Shown here piece by piece: positions 10,321-22,671 of a stretch of 64,000 nucleotides of DNA. Every line of letters starts with the position of its first letter. The stretch's first letter is position 1. The stretch is from Ranitomeya imitator (taxonomy: Eukaryota), in contig NC_091289.1 of assembly GCF_032444005.1 (NCBI RefSeq), forward strand, positions 178,932,001 through 178,996,000, in the 5' to 3' direction. Below the pieces are notes generated by a model. The model did not search any database. It saw nothing but the letters and a program-made list of their open reading frames with translations, and was not told the DNA's origin. The position numbers were made by a program, and so were the translations under genes.

Positions 10321-13288
10321 TTAGGTTTCCACAGGATTCTCCCTGCCGGCTCAGATTAATAGGCCTTTCCTTATGTGTGTGTATAGTAAGACACCTGTCA
10401 GTCTAGTTGAGCGGGCAGGGAGAGGTCTACGGGGACCGGCCTCTTGGACTAGTCCCCGTGTTTCCAAATATGCAGGAGCCGCTGTGATCCATAATGCACT
10501 TAGTTATGGCAGTGTGAATCATCCTACCCGATCCCCTCTAGACACCTGGAGTGTTTGAGTGTGGGATACACTTGAAAAAGACCTTTGCATGGATCTATAT
10601 ATATATATATATGCAGAGGAGATGGGCCGCAGGGTCAGCCATTTTAATTGGCTACTTAGCTCTGCAAAGTGAGATTCAGTGAGCAGCGTTGCCTATAGCA
10701 ACCAGTCTACATTCAATGAGATCACTGCTCTAATCTACGGTGACGAAATTAAACTCAGAATCTGATTGGTCTACCAGAATTTCAGTTGCTACGGACAACG
10801 TCTCTACAACATGGCTGCCATAATATATCGCCATTAGGCCTATGGCTGAACATGACATATAGAAACCTCTGTGCAGCTGACAAATTCATTAGTACAGCGG
10901 ATAAGCGTTGTCAGTAAGGATTACAGCCTAGGCCGCATGAAAATCTCTAATCATTACAGTGACACGCATATAATGGACTTAGCTGCAGCAATGCTCCTGG
11001 GGGGCTTCTTGGGGGACATAAACGATTCTCTGACCCTACAGTGTGAAACTGCAGCTGATATAAATGACAAAAATAAAGCCCCTGAATTAAGCAGTTCAAG
11101 CGACAAGGAACGCCAATAAAGCCCCCCTGCTGTGCTTTCCCCCACAACGAGTCATGAGGGGCTTGCCGGGCCAAAGCGCATCCTGTGAAATTATCCCGGC
11201 ATCTCCTAAATATCTTAATGTTTCACGTCACGCTTCTAGTATAACTTGTGGCTTAGGATACGGTTGATAAGCAGCGAGAAAACAAAATAGGGTTAACGTT
11301 ATAGTAGGACCCCCTGGTATCTTCTGTGATCGGAGACCACACTCCGTTTTCTCATAATTTTTCATATTTCAAAAGTGAGAATTAAAGGTTTTTTTTGCAA
11401 ATATGTCACACATCCCCTTTAACAAAAAATATGGGTGCAGTTTAGGGCAAAAACAGAAATAATTTACATTATGCATATGATGGATGGGTTGTTGCTAGGT
11501 GACCATGTTTACGTCTGCGACAGAATGAGGTAATGAGGAAATAATTAGGGACATGAGGCCGGAGGGTCCACCTTTCCTAAATGTGGATGTGATGTCATAC
11601 GGATGAATGGCCGTTATTGTCATGCGGATGAAAGGCCATTTTCACAGGGTCTCCATGACCTGTCAGATCCCTGAACACACAGGATGTTATAACGCTGCAC
11701 CGATTACCATGTGATTGATTTGTGTGGACTCATCACAGGTGGCACATTAGACCTATCCTGCCAAAATCCCACAGGTATCACAGTCACGTCTGTCACATTG
11801 GTATAAATCACATTCCAGCACAAACAAAATGGCCGCCACTGAAAACACAAAATCATGAAAGATGACTCAACCTAATTATTATGCACCAATATAGTCGTGG
11901 AGTATCCTCCATCACTGCAGAATTTGTAGATCCGGACTCGGGGAAAAGCGATATGGCTGCTAAAACATTACCCAAAATGGAATCATGCAAATTTCTTAGG
12001 CCATGTTCACACAGAGTTTTTTAAACATTCAAGAACAAAGGGTTTTTCAAGTGTAAAACATTCATTTTTGGGGGGGAGTGTTTGTGGAGGATTCTTTACT
12101 TAACTTCACACAGTAAACATTTTTTTTCATCATTAAAAACCACAGAGTCTTGGCAGGAAAAACCCAAATACATTACGTACGCTTCTTTTGCTTTTTTATG
12201 CGTTTTTGATTAGTTTTTTTTTATGTATTCAACTAAATGGGTAAAAAAAAAAAATGCAGCAACAACGATGAAAGAATTGACATATTGCGGTTTTAAAAAA
12301 GCACCAGCTCAAAAAACGGAAGGAAAAAAAAAACGCACCGAGTGAATGGGATTTTAGAAATCTCATTTATTTTGCTGCTACTGTAAAATGTAGTTTTTTC
12401 TGTGCAAAAAAAACTCTTTCACGCCGCAGCCTTTTTTCGTTTTTGCGTTTCTGTTTTTCGCTCACCTTCTTCCCAGAGCCATGACCTTTTTATTTTTCCA
12501 TCAATATGGCAATATGGAAGGGCTTGCTTTTTGCAGGACGAGTTGTACTTTTGAATGACACCATCGGTTTTACCATGTTGTGTACTCAAAAACGGGAAAA
12601 AATTCCCCAAAAAGCGCAATTCCACAGCTGTTTTTTAGATTTTTTTTTTTTTTTATATAAAGCAGCTACATTTTATATAAAGTTCGGTGCAATATTATCT
12701 ATTGTTATCTGTATATGGGCAGTTATAAACCCCATCTACAGACTCCAGGGGCCCCAGGCTCCCTGCCTCATCCCGGGGGTCCATTACATAGAAACAATGC
12801 GTCCATTGTTGGTGCAATCACTGTGTGACTTTCACTCACTAGAGCAAACAAGATTGTGCCTCTTCTACCCCATCCCTGCTGGGAGACCAGGATCAGTCTT
12901 TGTGTCGCCCTCATTTACAGGCCCTACACCTTCACTGGGCCTGTAATAAACACTGACAGGTCACCTATAATGCCCCCTGCCCTCACACCTGATAATGAGG
13001 ATTAGATAATCCACCTGAACACTTTGTATCCAACCCTTCCTGATATGAGGCTCAATGTCCTGACTGATCCCAACAATGGGGGTAAACACTGACAGATACT
13101 CTCATCTATAGCACTTCTCAGGTTGTTCACATAAAGTGACTGACAGCAATTTATATAAATCCTATCTGTTCATAGGAAAGCTGGGTGACCACCGACGTGA
13201 ATGGGAAGTTCACAACAAGAGAACGGTGTGTGACAAGTTATAGTATCAGCTCTATTATTTTACATATAGCATTGACTCCAAGTGGACA

Positions 13289-14548
13289 TAACATCTTCTG
13301 CTGCTGAGCTTTATATGTAACATCTGCTACTGCAGTGGTTTATATGTAACATCCACTGCTGAACTTTATATGTAACATCTGCTACTGCAGTGGTTTATAT
13401 CTAAGATCTGCTGCTGAACTTTATATGTAACATCTGCTGCTGCGGTGCTTTATATGTAACATCTGCTGCTGCAATGCTTTATATGTAACATCTGCTGCTG
13501 CGGTGCTTTATATGTAACATCTGCTGCTGCGGTGCTTTATATGTAACATCTGCTGCTGCAGTGCTTTATATGTAACATCTGCTGCTGCAATGCTTTATAT
13601 GTAACATCTGCTGCTGCGGTTCTTTATATGTAACATCTGCTGCTGCGGTGCTTTATATGTAACATCTGCTACTGCAGTGCTTTATATGTAACATCTGCTG
13701 CTGCAGTGCTTTATATGTAACATCTGCTGCTGCAATGCTTTATATGTAACATCTGCTGCTGCGGTGCTTTATATGTAACATCTGCTGCTGCAGTCCTTTA
13801 TATGTAACATCCGCTGCTGAACTTTACATGTAATACCGGCTGTTTAAGTGCCTTATATGTAAGATCTGCTGCTACAGTGCTTTATATTTAAGATCTGCTG
13901 CTGCGGTGCTTTATATGTAACATCCGCTGCTGCAGTGCTTTATATGTAACATCCACTGCTGAACTTTACATGTAATACCTGCTGTTTAAGTGCCTTATAT
14001 TTAAGATCTGCAGCTGTAGCGCTTTATATTTAAGATCTGCTGCTGCAGGGCTTAAGGCTATGTGCACACGTAGGAAAGGTGGTGCAGAATTTTCTGCACA
14101 AAATCCCCATCTCCTGGCAGAATCCGCAGCTGCGGATTTGCCGCGATTTTTGTGCGGATTTTGTGCGGATTTGCTGCACAATTGATGTGGATTTTGTGCG
14201 AATTTTATGCAGATTTTGCCACTGCAGATTTCTATCATGGAGGGGTGCAGAAACGCTGCAGATCTGCACAAAAGAAGTGACACACTTCTTTGAAATCCGC
14301 AACAATTCCGCACTGATTTTCCCGCACCATCTGCACAATTTTTTTTTTACCCATTGATTTACATGGTACTGTAAATCACAGTGCGGAAAAATCCATTGCG
14401 GATCCGCAACAAATCCGCATCCTGTCCACATAGTCTAAGATCTGCTGCTGCACTGCTCTATATGTAAGATCTTCTGCTGCGGTGCTTTATACGTAAGATC
14501 TTCTGCCGCAGTGCTTTATATGTAACATCTGCTGCTGCGGTGCTTTAT
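13289..14548. repeat. 29-bp minisatellite (CTTTATATGTAACATCTGCTGCTGCGGTG)n, interrupted by transposons; remnant at 16218-16246
   Basis: The unit is directly visible over more than 25 copies. Confidence 0.93.
14056..14435. mobile_element. Harbinger-type MITE inserted in the 29-bp minisatellite
   Basis: TAA | GGCTATGTGCACACG...TGTCCACATAGTC | TAA. Confidence 0.8.
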
Positions 14549-14664
14549 AGACCTTTCTGATGATCTTTTTAATCATAGACCTGAAACAGGGACAAGGGGG
14601 CATCCTCTACATTTGGAGGAAAAAAGGTTTAAGCGTAATAACAGACGCGGATTCTTTACTGTAA

Positions 14665-15874
14665 AAGTACCGTTACACTAAACGATTTACCAACTATCAC
14701 GACCAGCGATACGACCTGGCCGTGATCGTTGGTAAGTTGTTGTGTGGTCGCTGGGGAGCTGTCACACAGACAGCTCTCCAGCGACCAACGATCAGGGGAA
14801 AGACTTCGGCATCGTTGAAACTGTCTTCGGGTAACCAGAGTAAACATCGGGTTACTAAGTGCAGGGCCGCGCTTAGTAACCCGATATTTACCCTGGTTAC
14901 TAGGGTTGAGCGACTTTTACTTTTTTAGGGTCGAGTCAGGTTTCGCGAAACCCGACTATCTCTAAAGTCGAGTCGAGTGAAATCGGCCGATTATGGCCCC
15001 TAAGACCTATGTCATCACTCTGCCCACGCTCCTTCATTGGCTGAAAAAATGGCCCCAAGCGCGTCATACGAAACGCGACTTTGGTGCGAAAGTCGCGTAC
15101 CGCATGGCCGACCCCACACAGGGATCGGGTCGGGTTTCATGAAACCCGACTTTGCCAAAAGTCGGCGACTTTTGAAAATAAACGATCCGTTTCGCTCAAC
15201 CCTACTGGTTACCATTGTAAAAGTAAAAAAAAAAAAACACTACATACTCACATTCTGATGTCTGTCACGTCCCCCGGCGTCCACAGGGTTAAAACTGCTT
15301 TCGGCGGGAGCGCTGCTAATGCACACGCTCCGGCCGACAGCTTCCCTACACTGACTGTGTCAGTGCCGGCCGTAAAGCAGAGCACAGCGGTGACGTCACC
15401 GCTGTTACTGCCGGCGCTGACACAGTCAGTGCAAGGAAGCTGTCGGCCGGAGCGCGTGCATTAGCAGCGCACCTGCCGAAAGCAGTTTTAACCCTGTGGA
15501 CGCCAGGGGACGTGACAGACATCGGAATGTGAGTATGTACTGTTTTTGTTTTTTTTTACTTTTACAATGGTAACCAGGGTAAATATCGGGTTACTAAGCG
15601 CGGCCCTGTGCTTAGTAACCCGATACTTACCCTGGTTACAAGTGAACACATCGCTGGATCGGCGTCACACACGCCGATCCAGCGATGACAGCGGGTGATC
15701 AGCGACCAAAAAAAGGTCCTGATCATTCCCCAGCGACCAACGATCTCCCAGCAGGGGCCTGATTGTTGGTCGCTGTCACACATAACGAGATCGTTAGCGG
15801 GATCGTTGCTACGTCACAAAAAGCGTGACGTAGCAACAATATCCTTAACGATATCGTTATGTGTGAAGGTACCT
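14665..15874. mobile_element. Harbinger-type non-autonomous element (AGGTACCGTCACAC family) containing a nested hAT MITE
   Basis: TAA TSD at 14662-14664 and 15875-15877, with ends AAGTACCGTTACAC...GTGTGAAGGTACCT. Confidence 0.85.
14901..15204. mobile_element. hAT-type MITE
   Basis: TIRs TAGGGTTGAGCG...CGCTCAACCCTA with a perfect 8-bp TSD CTGGTTAC (14893-14900 and 15205-15212). Confidence 0.88.
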
Positions 15875-16246
15875 TAAGAGCAGTGAGACTATGGAACTCT
15901 CTGCCGTATAATGTTGTAATGAGTGATTCATTACTTAAATTTAAGAGGGGACTGGATACATTTCTGGAAAAGTATAATGTTACAGGGTATATACACTAGA
16001 TTCCTTGATAGGGCGTTGATCCAGGGAACTAGTCTGATTGCCGTATGTGGAGTCGGGAAGGAATTTTTTTCCCCAAGGTGGAGTTTACTCTTTGCCACAT
16101 GGGTTTTTTTTGCCTTCCTCTGGATCAACATGTTAGGGCATGTTAGGTTAGGCTGTGGGTTGAAGTAGATGGACATATAGTCTTCCTTCAACCTTAATAA
16201 TAACTATGTAACTATGTATATGTAGCATCTGCTGCGGTGCTTTATA

Positions 16247-17819
16247 CACTGCTCAAAAAATAAAGGGAACACTTAAAACAACAGAATGTAACTCCAAGTA
16301 AATCGAACTGCTGTTAAATCAAACTGTCCACTTAGGAAGCAACACTGATTGACAATCAATTTCACATCCTGTTGTGCAAATGGAATAGACAACAGATGGA
16401 AATTATTGGCAATTATCAAGACACACTGAATAAAGGAGTGGTTCTGCAGGTGGGGACCACAGACCACATCTCAGTATCAATGCTTTCTGGCTGATGTTTT
16501 GGTCACTTTTAAATGTTGGTTGTGCTTTCACACTCATGGTAGCATGAGACGGACTCTACAACCCACACAAGTGGCTCAGGTAGAGCAGCTCATCCAGGAT
16601 GGCACATCAATGCGAGCTGTGGCAAGAAGGTTTGCTGTGTCTGTCAGCGTAGTGTCCAGAGGCTGGAGACACTACCAGGAGACAGGTCAGTACACCAAGA
16701 GACGTGGAGGGGGCCGTAGGAGGGTAACAACCCAGCAGCAGGACCGCTACCTCCGCCTTTGTGCAAGGAGGAACAGGAGGAGCACTGCCAGAGCCCTGCA
16801 AAATTACCTCCAGCAGGCCACAAATGTGCATGTGTCTGCACAAATGGTTAGAGACCGACTCCATGAGGATGGTCTGAGGGCCTGACGTCCACAGATGGGG
16901 GTTGTGCTCACAGCCCAACACCGTGCAGGATGCTTGGCATTTGCCACAGAACACCAGGATTGGCATATTCACCACTGGCGCCCTGTGCTCTTCACAGATG
17001 AAAGCAGGTTCACACTGAGCACATGTGACAGACGTGACAGAGGTTGGAGACGCCGTGGAGAGTGATCTGCTGCCTGCAACATCCTTCAGCATGACCGGTT
17101 TGGCAGTGGGTCAGTAATGGTGTGGGGTGGAATTTCTTTGGAGGGCCGCACAGCCCTCCATGTGCTCGCCAGAGGTAGCCTGACTGCCATTAGCTACCGA
17201 GAGGAGATCCTCAGACCCCTTGTGAGACCATATGCTGGTGCGGTTTAGGCCATGTCTGGTAGGAGATCCCTCAGGAGACCATCCGCCGCCTCATCAGGAG
17301 CATTCCCAGGCGTTGTACATTAGGGAGGTCATACAGGCACGTGGAGGCCACACACAATACTGATCATCTTTTCCTTGTCTTGAGGCATTTCCACTGAAGT
17401 TGGATCAGCCTGTAATTTGTTTTTCCACTTTGATTTTGAGTATCATTCCAAATCCAGACCTCCATGGGATATTCATTTTGATTTAGGCTGCCGTCACACT
17501 ATCAGGATTTGGTCAGTATTTTACATCAGTATTTGTAAGCCAAAACCAGGAGTGGGTGATAAATCCAGAAGAGGTGCATATGTTTCTATTACACTTTTCC
17601 TCTATTTGTTCCACTCCTGGATTTGGCTTACAAATACTGATGTAAAATACTGACCAAATACTGCTAGTGTGACGGCAGCCATACATTGATAATTATTATG
17701 TTTTATTGTTCTGAACACATTCCACTATGCAATGAATAAAAATTTGCAACTGGAATATTTCATTCAGAGATATCTAGGATGTGGGATTTTAGTGTTCCCT
17801 TTATTTTTTTTGAGCACTG
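16247..17819 (+). mobile_element. Degenerate Tc1/mariner element (transposase pseudogene) with a nested MITE
   Basis: TIRs CACTGCTCAAAAAATAAAGGGAACACT...AGTGTTCCCTTTATTTTTTTTGAGCACTG with TA flanks. Transposase remnants include [13 protein letters not shown]...[21 protein letters not shown] and GSVMVWGGIS, with in-frame stops and an internal deletion. Confidence 0.9.
17486..17680. mobile_element. Harbinger-type MITE nested in the degenerate Tc1
   Basis: GGCTGCCGTCACACTA...TAGTGTGACGGCAGCC, flanked by TTA and ATA. Confidence 0.75.
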
Positions 17820-18229
17820 TATATAACTTCTGTTGCTCCAGCTGTATATGACCTAAGATGTCCTTTTTATCGCCCACATTGGAAATCCAGCCTTGTTTAA
17901 AGAAAACTTCCAAAATCCCGGTACAGATTGTCGTGTAATCTGTCACTAGTCTCATTTCTCTCTTTCACTTCCTTTCCTATTGTTTCAGACATAACAGACT
18001 CGAGCTCCGCTGGCTGAAATCTCCCGACTCAATATTTCCAAATGTCATAAAAAAAAATGGAAATTTATCTGAAACTGATTACATTGTAACAACTACAATG
18101 ATACTACAAATAGGACTGAATTCAGACACATTTTCTAGCTCTGGGAAAGTTTGGCGACCACCTACATTCCAGCATTGTAGCTGTGATGTTTCCTCAAGGA
18201 TTGTGACCCAACAGTTTATGCCCATCTTC

Positions 18230-18638
18230 ATTAATGGGTATTGTCAGATAGTGCTTGTAAATAAAAGTAATTTTGCAATTTACTGCTTATTAAACTTGTT
18301 GCCTGGGAGACCGATCACCGCTGCAAAACATGCGCAGTGCTTACAAGCCGTTTTCTATTGAGCTTGTAAGCACTGTTTTGAAAATGACCAATTGACCAGG
18401 ATCACTTGAGCACACGATTACCCCCTAATTTCGGCCAACTTCAGATAATTTCTTACAAGCTAGACAGCAGTGGTGGTCGGTCTCCTAGGTAACGAGCTGT
18501 AAACGAAATTTAAAAAAAAATGGTAATATCTCAAGAACAGCTGCAAATTTTAATAAGCAGTAAATTGCAAAAGTGCTTGTTTTCAGAAGCTCTATCTGAC
18601 AAAATCCGTCAATGAAGCGGGGAATGGTAACCCTTTAA
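18230..18638. mobile_element. Decayed TTAA-flanked palindromic MITE (Kolobok/T2-like)
   Basis: Inverted arms (TTTTGCAATTTACTGCTTATTAAA at about 18270 and TTTAATAAGCAGTAAATTGCAAAA at about 18550), with TTAA at both ends. Confidence 0.5.
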
Positions 18639-19588
18639 GTTCCGAATGCTGAATCCTTGTTATGTAGTAATAGGGGAGCAGGAGATTAAGTAACTGGATA
18701 TTGAAGCAAATTCCTTGTCTGGGATCTCTGCAGAAATCATGCTGTTGCCAATGTGACTTATTGGAAAATCTTATGAGATAAGTTTGCAGTGCAAATTCCT
18801 CCCTGAAAGCGTAAAGGATCTCATGTTTTATGCTACGTTCCCACAGTGAGTTTTTGGTGATTTTTTTAAGCTGCAAATTTTTTAATAAATGCAAGTAACC
18901 CATTTTACTTCATGGGCGCAGAATATCTGCAACAGCAAAAATTCACCAAAAGCCATATGAAGAATTTTGGAGGTTCCCATGCGCATAACGTTTATCTAAT
19001 TTGTATGGAAGCCTACAGATCCTTGTAATCAATGGATCAGCAAATGATTCACAGACTAGTCTACTAGTGTCCAGCAGGGAGAAGTAATGAGTCGATGATC
19101 AGATCAGTGAGCGGATGGATCAGGCTTGTGTAAAACATGGCGCCAATCAGCTCGTTTGTAAGTCGATTGGATCGTTTATACCGATGTAAAAAACATTGTC
19201 GGCAGCACATTGCCAAGGGGAATGCTGCCGACAATATGCACGCTCTATGGGGACAGAACGAGCAGCTGAAGGGCCGCATAACACAGACGATGATCACATT
19301 GCAGACTCGTAATACTCGGGCTCTTCTGACCCAAATGTGACAGCTACACAGAACCGCCGGCCAGTCCGAGCGATGCGATAGTTGTCCGTGTTATATGGCC
19401 GTCTGACCGCGCTCTAACTATCATTCTCCCATTGTGTCTGCCCTCGGGAGCAAATAATTTAAAGAGCCCCAAATGTCTTGTATACCGTTTATCAGGCCTC
19501 ATTATTTGCCTGGAGTAAACTCCTGACTCCTCGGCTGTTCTCCACTCCTGGTCATACATCTATGGCAGTCAGATGAAGGCTAGAATAA

Positions 19589-19977
19589 GGCTATGTGCAC
19601 ACTTTGCGGATTTGACTGTGGAATTTTCTGTGTGGATTCTGCATCTCTTGGCAGAAAACGCAGGTCAAAATCTGCGCATTTTTTATGCGGATTTTGTGCA
19701 TTTTTACTGTGGATTCTGTGTGGATTTCAGGCGTTTACCCCTGCGTTTTCCTATAATAGAATAGGTGCAGAAACGCTGCAGATCCGCAAAAAGAATTGAC
19801 ATGGTCCTTTTTTTTTTATCCGCTGCGGATTCCGTGTGGAATTTTCCGCACCATCAGCACAGCATTTTTATTTTTCCATTGACTTACATTGTACTGTAAA
19901 TCACTTGCGCTTCTGCAGCGTTTCTGCACGGAAAAAAACGCTGCGGATCCGAAGGAAATCCGCGTGTTCACATAACC
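19589..19977. mobile_element. Harbinger-type MITE
   Basis: TAA | GGCTATGTGCACAC...GTGTTCACATAACC | TAA. Confidence 0.8.
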
Positions 19978-22671
19978 TAAATCAGACTCTGCGCACACCA
20001 TTTAATTAATTTGGCGCATCTTCTTAGTGGTGTGCACCTCCATGCATCTTGCTAGAATCCTTTTCTTTGGTGATGCCTTCAAAATGCCAAAAATCACAAA
20101 AAATTTGCTAAAAACAAAGTCGCAATTTTTTTTTTACGTGTCTTAAGACTGTTGTCTACTGGAAATAGATAAATCGACCCCTCGGGCTTTTAACAAAAAA
20201 AGAAAAACGTGATCTTCAAAGAAAAACAAAACAAAACGTTTATGCATAAAAAGTTAAGAAAAAAAAAGTCTTGTACTGAAATAACAGGTTTAGGAACCAG
20301 ATCTGTGACCATTGGTCTGTGATTCCGATAAATCTGCGGCCGGCAAGAGACGGTCACAAGGTGAAGTTCATAGAACTTCATTATCCTAATGTCACCGTTG
20401 TAGGGGCAATGCCCCCAATGTCCACCATCAACCCTCACCTACTCATCCGAAATGTCACTGCTTTTAAATATACCGGTACTTGTATTTCCACTGAAACCCA
20501 ATGGGAACACAAGAAGAGAGGGTAACACAGCCAACCAAATAAAAGTGCAATATACTGGTATATGGTTTTACCCAGTCCTCCACCAATTGGTAGTGTACAA
20601 TACTACATCATACTCCTAAAATATGTATCAGACACTTATCACACAGAATGGTATATACTATTACCGCCCAGAATAGTCTACAAATTACATTACATAAATT
20701 TACACTCCACCTAGTGGCCATACTAAGTATTGCAGATACCTCCATTATCTTATTTGTTATTTTTCTTCCTGATTAAGGAATTAATTTTGGAAAATAACAT
20801 ATTTTAAATTTTTTAATAATTCACCATAAAAATTTGAAAAATGTTTAGAGGGGTAGTCGCAGTCATAATGATTAATTTAGACGTCTCCCCAGACAATTAT
20901 TATAATGGTGGGACTTTCACCCGCAGCTTTGTACACTTTCCTGTTGAGAAAAAGATCTATCACCCAAGAGCAAAGTCCTGATATCTCAGCAGTGGAGGGC
21001 GGGCGAGGCTGACGGAGATACAGTAAGGACTGGAGTCCATCGAGATTTCACAGGATGTTTGCAGAATGACGTTATGGGATCTGTAGTGATTTACTGGTCA
21101 CATTCTTCTGCTATTTTCTAAGGTCTCTGACAGATTGATTACCCCAGAAGGGTTAATGCGGCAGCACAGGCGGACAATATTGACCCATAAATGCCCCAAT
21201 GCAGAAGATATACACCTTAGGGTGCTTTCATACTGCGTTTAGACAACCCATAAGTTGGGCTTGTCAGGGCTTATGTCCAAACTCCCCACAAAATGGGATT
21301 CGGGTGTATGTGCTGACTGGACCATAGACTATAATGGTGCCAACAGAGTGAATACGCGCACTGCACAAGGGCCCAGGAGGTAAGGGGGCTCAATTCCACC
21401 TCCAAAATATGTGGAATTGTGCATTATGATGAGTTTTTGGACTGCAAAAGGGGCCACCAGTGGCCTGAACCATGCCTAGCATGCCTTTCTCGGCCCCGGG
21501 ATGGGCACAGCTCTACGCTCAGATGAATGTTGCGGATATGTGCATGCTCGACCTCCACTCCATTCAGAGTCCCCTTTCTCAAGATTGGTGGGCTCGAGCC
21601 CCAAGGACCTGGAAGTTATCACCTCCTTTATAGGTAAGTGATAACTTGCAATCTTGTTACATACCCTTTAAGGGAGTGCAGATTTTTGCAACCAAGTTTT
21701 CTTATTAATACAAGAATGAGAATGAAACAACCTCAGGATTCATTCCCCATTAGATTTTTCTCACGTAAAAGAAAAACTGACCGAGTTTCATCAGTGATTT
21801 TGGTCAGAGTTTTATCAAAGTTTGGTCAAAGTTTCATCACTTTTTTTTTTCTTGTAAGTAAAAAAAAAAGTTTCTCCACCTTCCCCTATCTAACAGTCCT
21901 TAAATATTGGACCGGAGTCGGACCCACGGATCTATAGACTTGCATTGCAGATTCTTGGATCAATATCGGACATGTCTCTGTGATTTTGCGCAGAACGCTT
22001 GGTTCCCCACAAATCATGGACATCGATTAACCCTATTCACTATCATGGGTCCGAGTGCTACCTGTGAAAAACACGGACAACACTCGCGTGCAAAAACACT
22101 GACGTGAATGAGCCCTAACAAATGACCTTTATGGACCCCCCTTTCAGTTTTGTGTATTACCTAGCGTTTGGGGATTACATCTTCAATGCAGACTTATTTT
22201 AGTCCATAGTTTTAGACTCCTCCCCCCCCCATAAACCTCCTTGTGTAACCCAATTCTGCGTCATGCATTTCTCTTTTTCACCCGTTCCTACTGATCTATC
22301 GAAGATTAGTTGCAGCATGCAACGTCAACAAATAATTATTGCATATTGAACGACATCTGTGCCTTGTTTTTTGTTTTTTTTTAAGTTTGCCACTGTGGGT
22401 AGTCCAGATATTTTCACCAAATTCATCAGAAAGTACTTGCAAATATTCTCTAGCTCCCCTTGGAGTGATTTCATACATTACAGAAATTTTTGCTCATTTT
22501 TTGGATGAAAAATGAACCTTTTTGTGTGAAAAGGTCACGAAAAAAAAAGTTAAAGAAAGAAAAAAGGCAATTTTTAACTTTGAGTAAAACGAAGGAATCA
22601 CGTGCCATTTTGATCCATTTGACAAAAATTTGTTGATGAAGATTAGTGTTTTCTATACCAGTCCTAATTAA

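Larger units (their letters stand above)
14549..16217 (+). mobile_element. CR1 LINE 3' fragment (14549-14664 and 15878-16217) split by a Harbinger MITE
   Basis: The rejoined translation DLSDDLFNHRPETGTRGHPLHLEEKRFKRNNRRGFFTV|RAVRLWNSLP...FKRGLDTFLE aligns by eye to the C-terminus of the CR1 at 2128. The 3' end is AACTATGTAACTATGTA. Confidence 0.85.

Noticed and set aside
10688-10800. Paired RFX X-box-like motifs (GTTGCCTATAGCAAC; GTTGCTACGGACAAC) suggesting a ciliary-gene enhancer
   Set aside because: They form the two arms of a short decayed inverted repeat (with CTGATTGGT), as expected for a MITE remnant, and no associated exon was found.
11585-11675. Possible C/D-box snoRNA (GTGATGT...CTGA), considered because RPS8-hosted snoRNAs are syntenic in human
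   Set aside because: Box C is imperfect, there is no terminal stem or recognisable rRNA guide, and no host exons are nearby.
7250-13280. Many 60-120-aa ORFs between 7 and 13 kb (and similar ones at 19-22 kb)
   Set aside because: They overlap decayed MITE fragments or AT-rich spacer, have no domain similarity or exon structure, and are of chance length.
21625-21634. CArG box CCTTTATAGG as a plk3 serum-response element
   Set aside because: It lies about 10 kb upstream, inside a small palindromic repeat remnant, and a single 10-mer is expected by chance.
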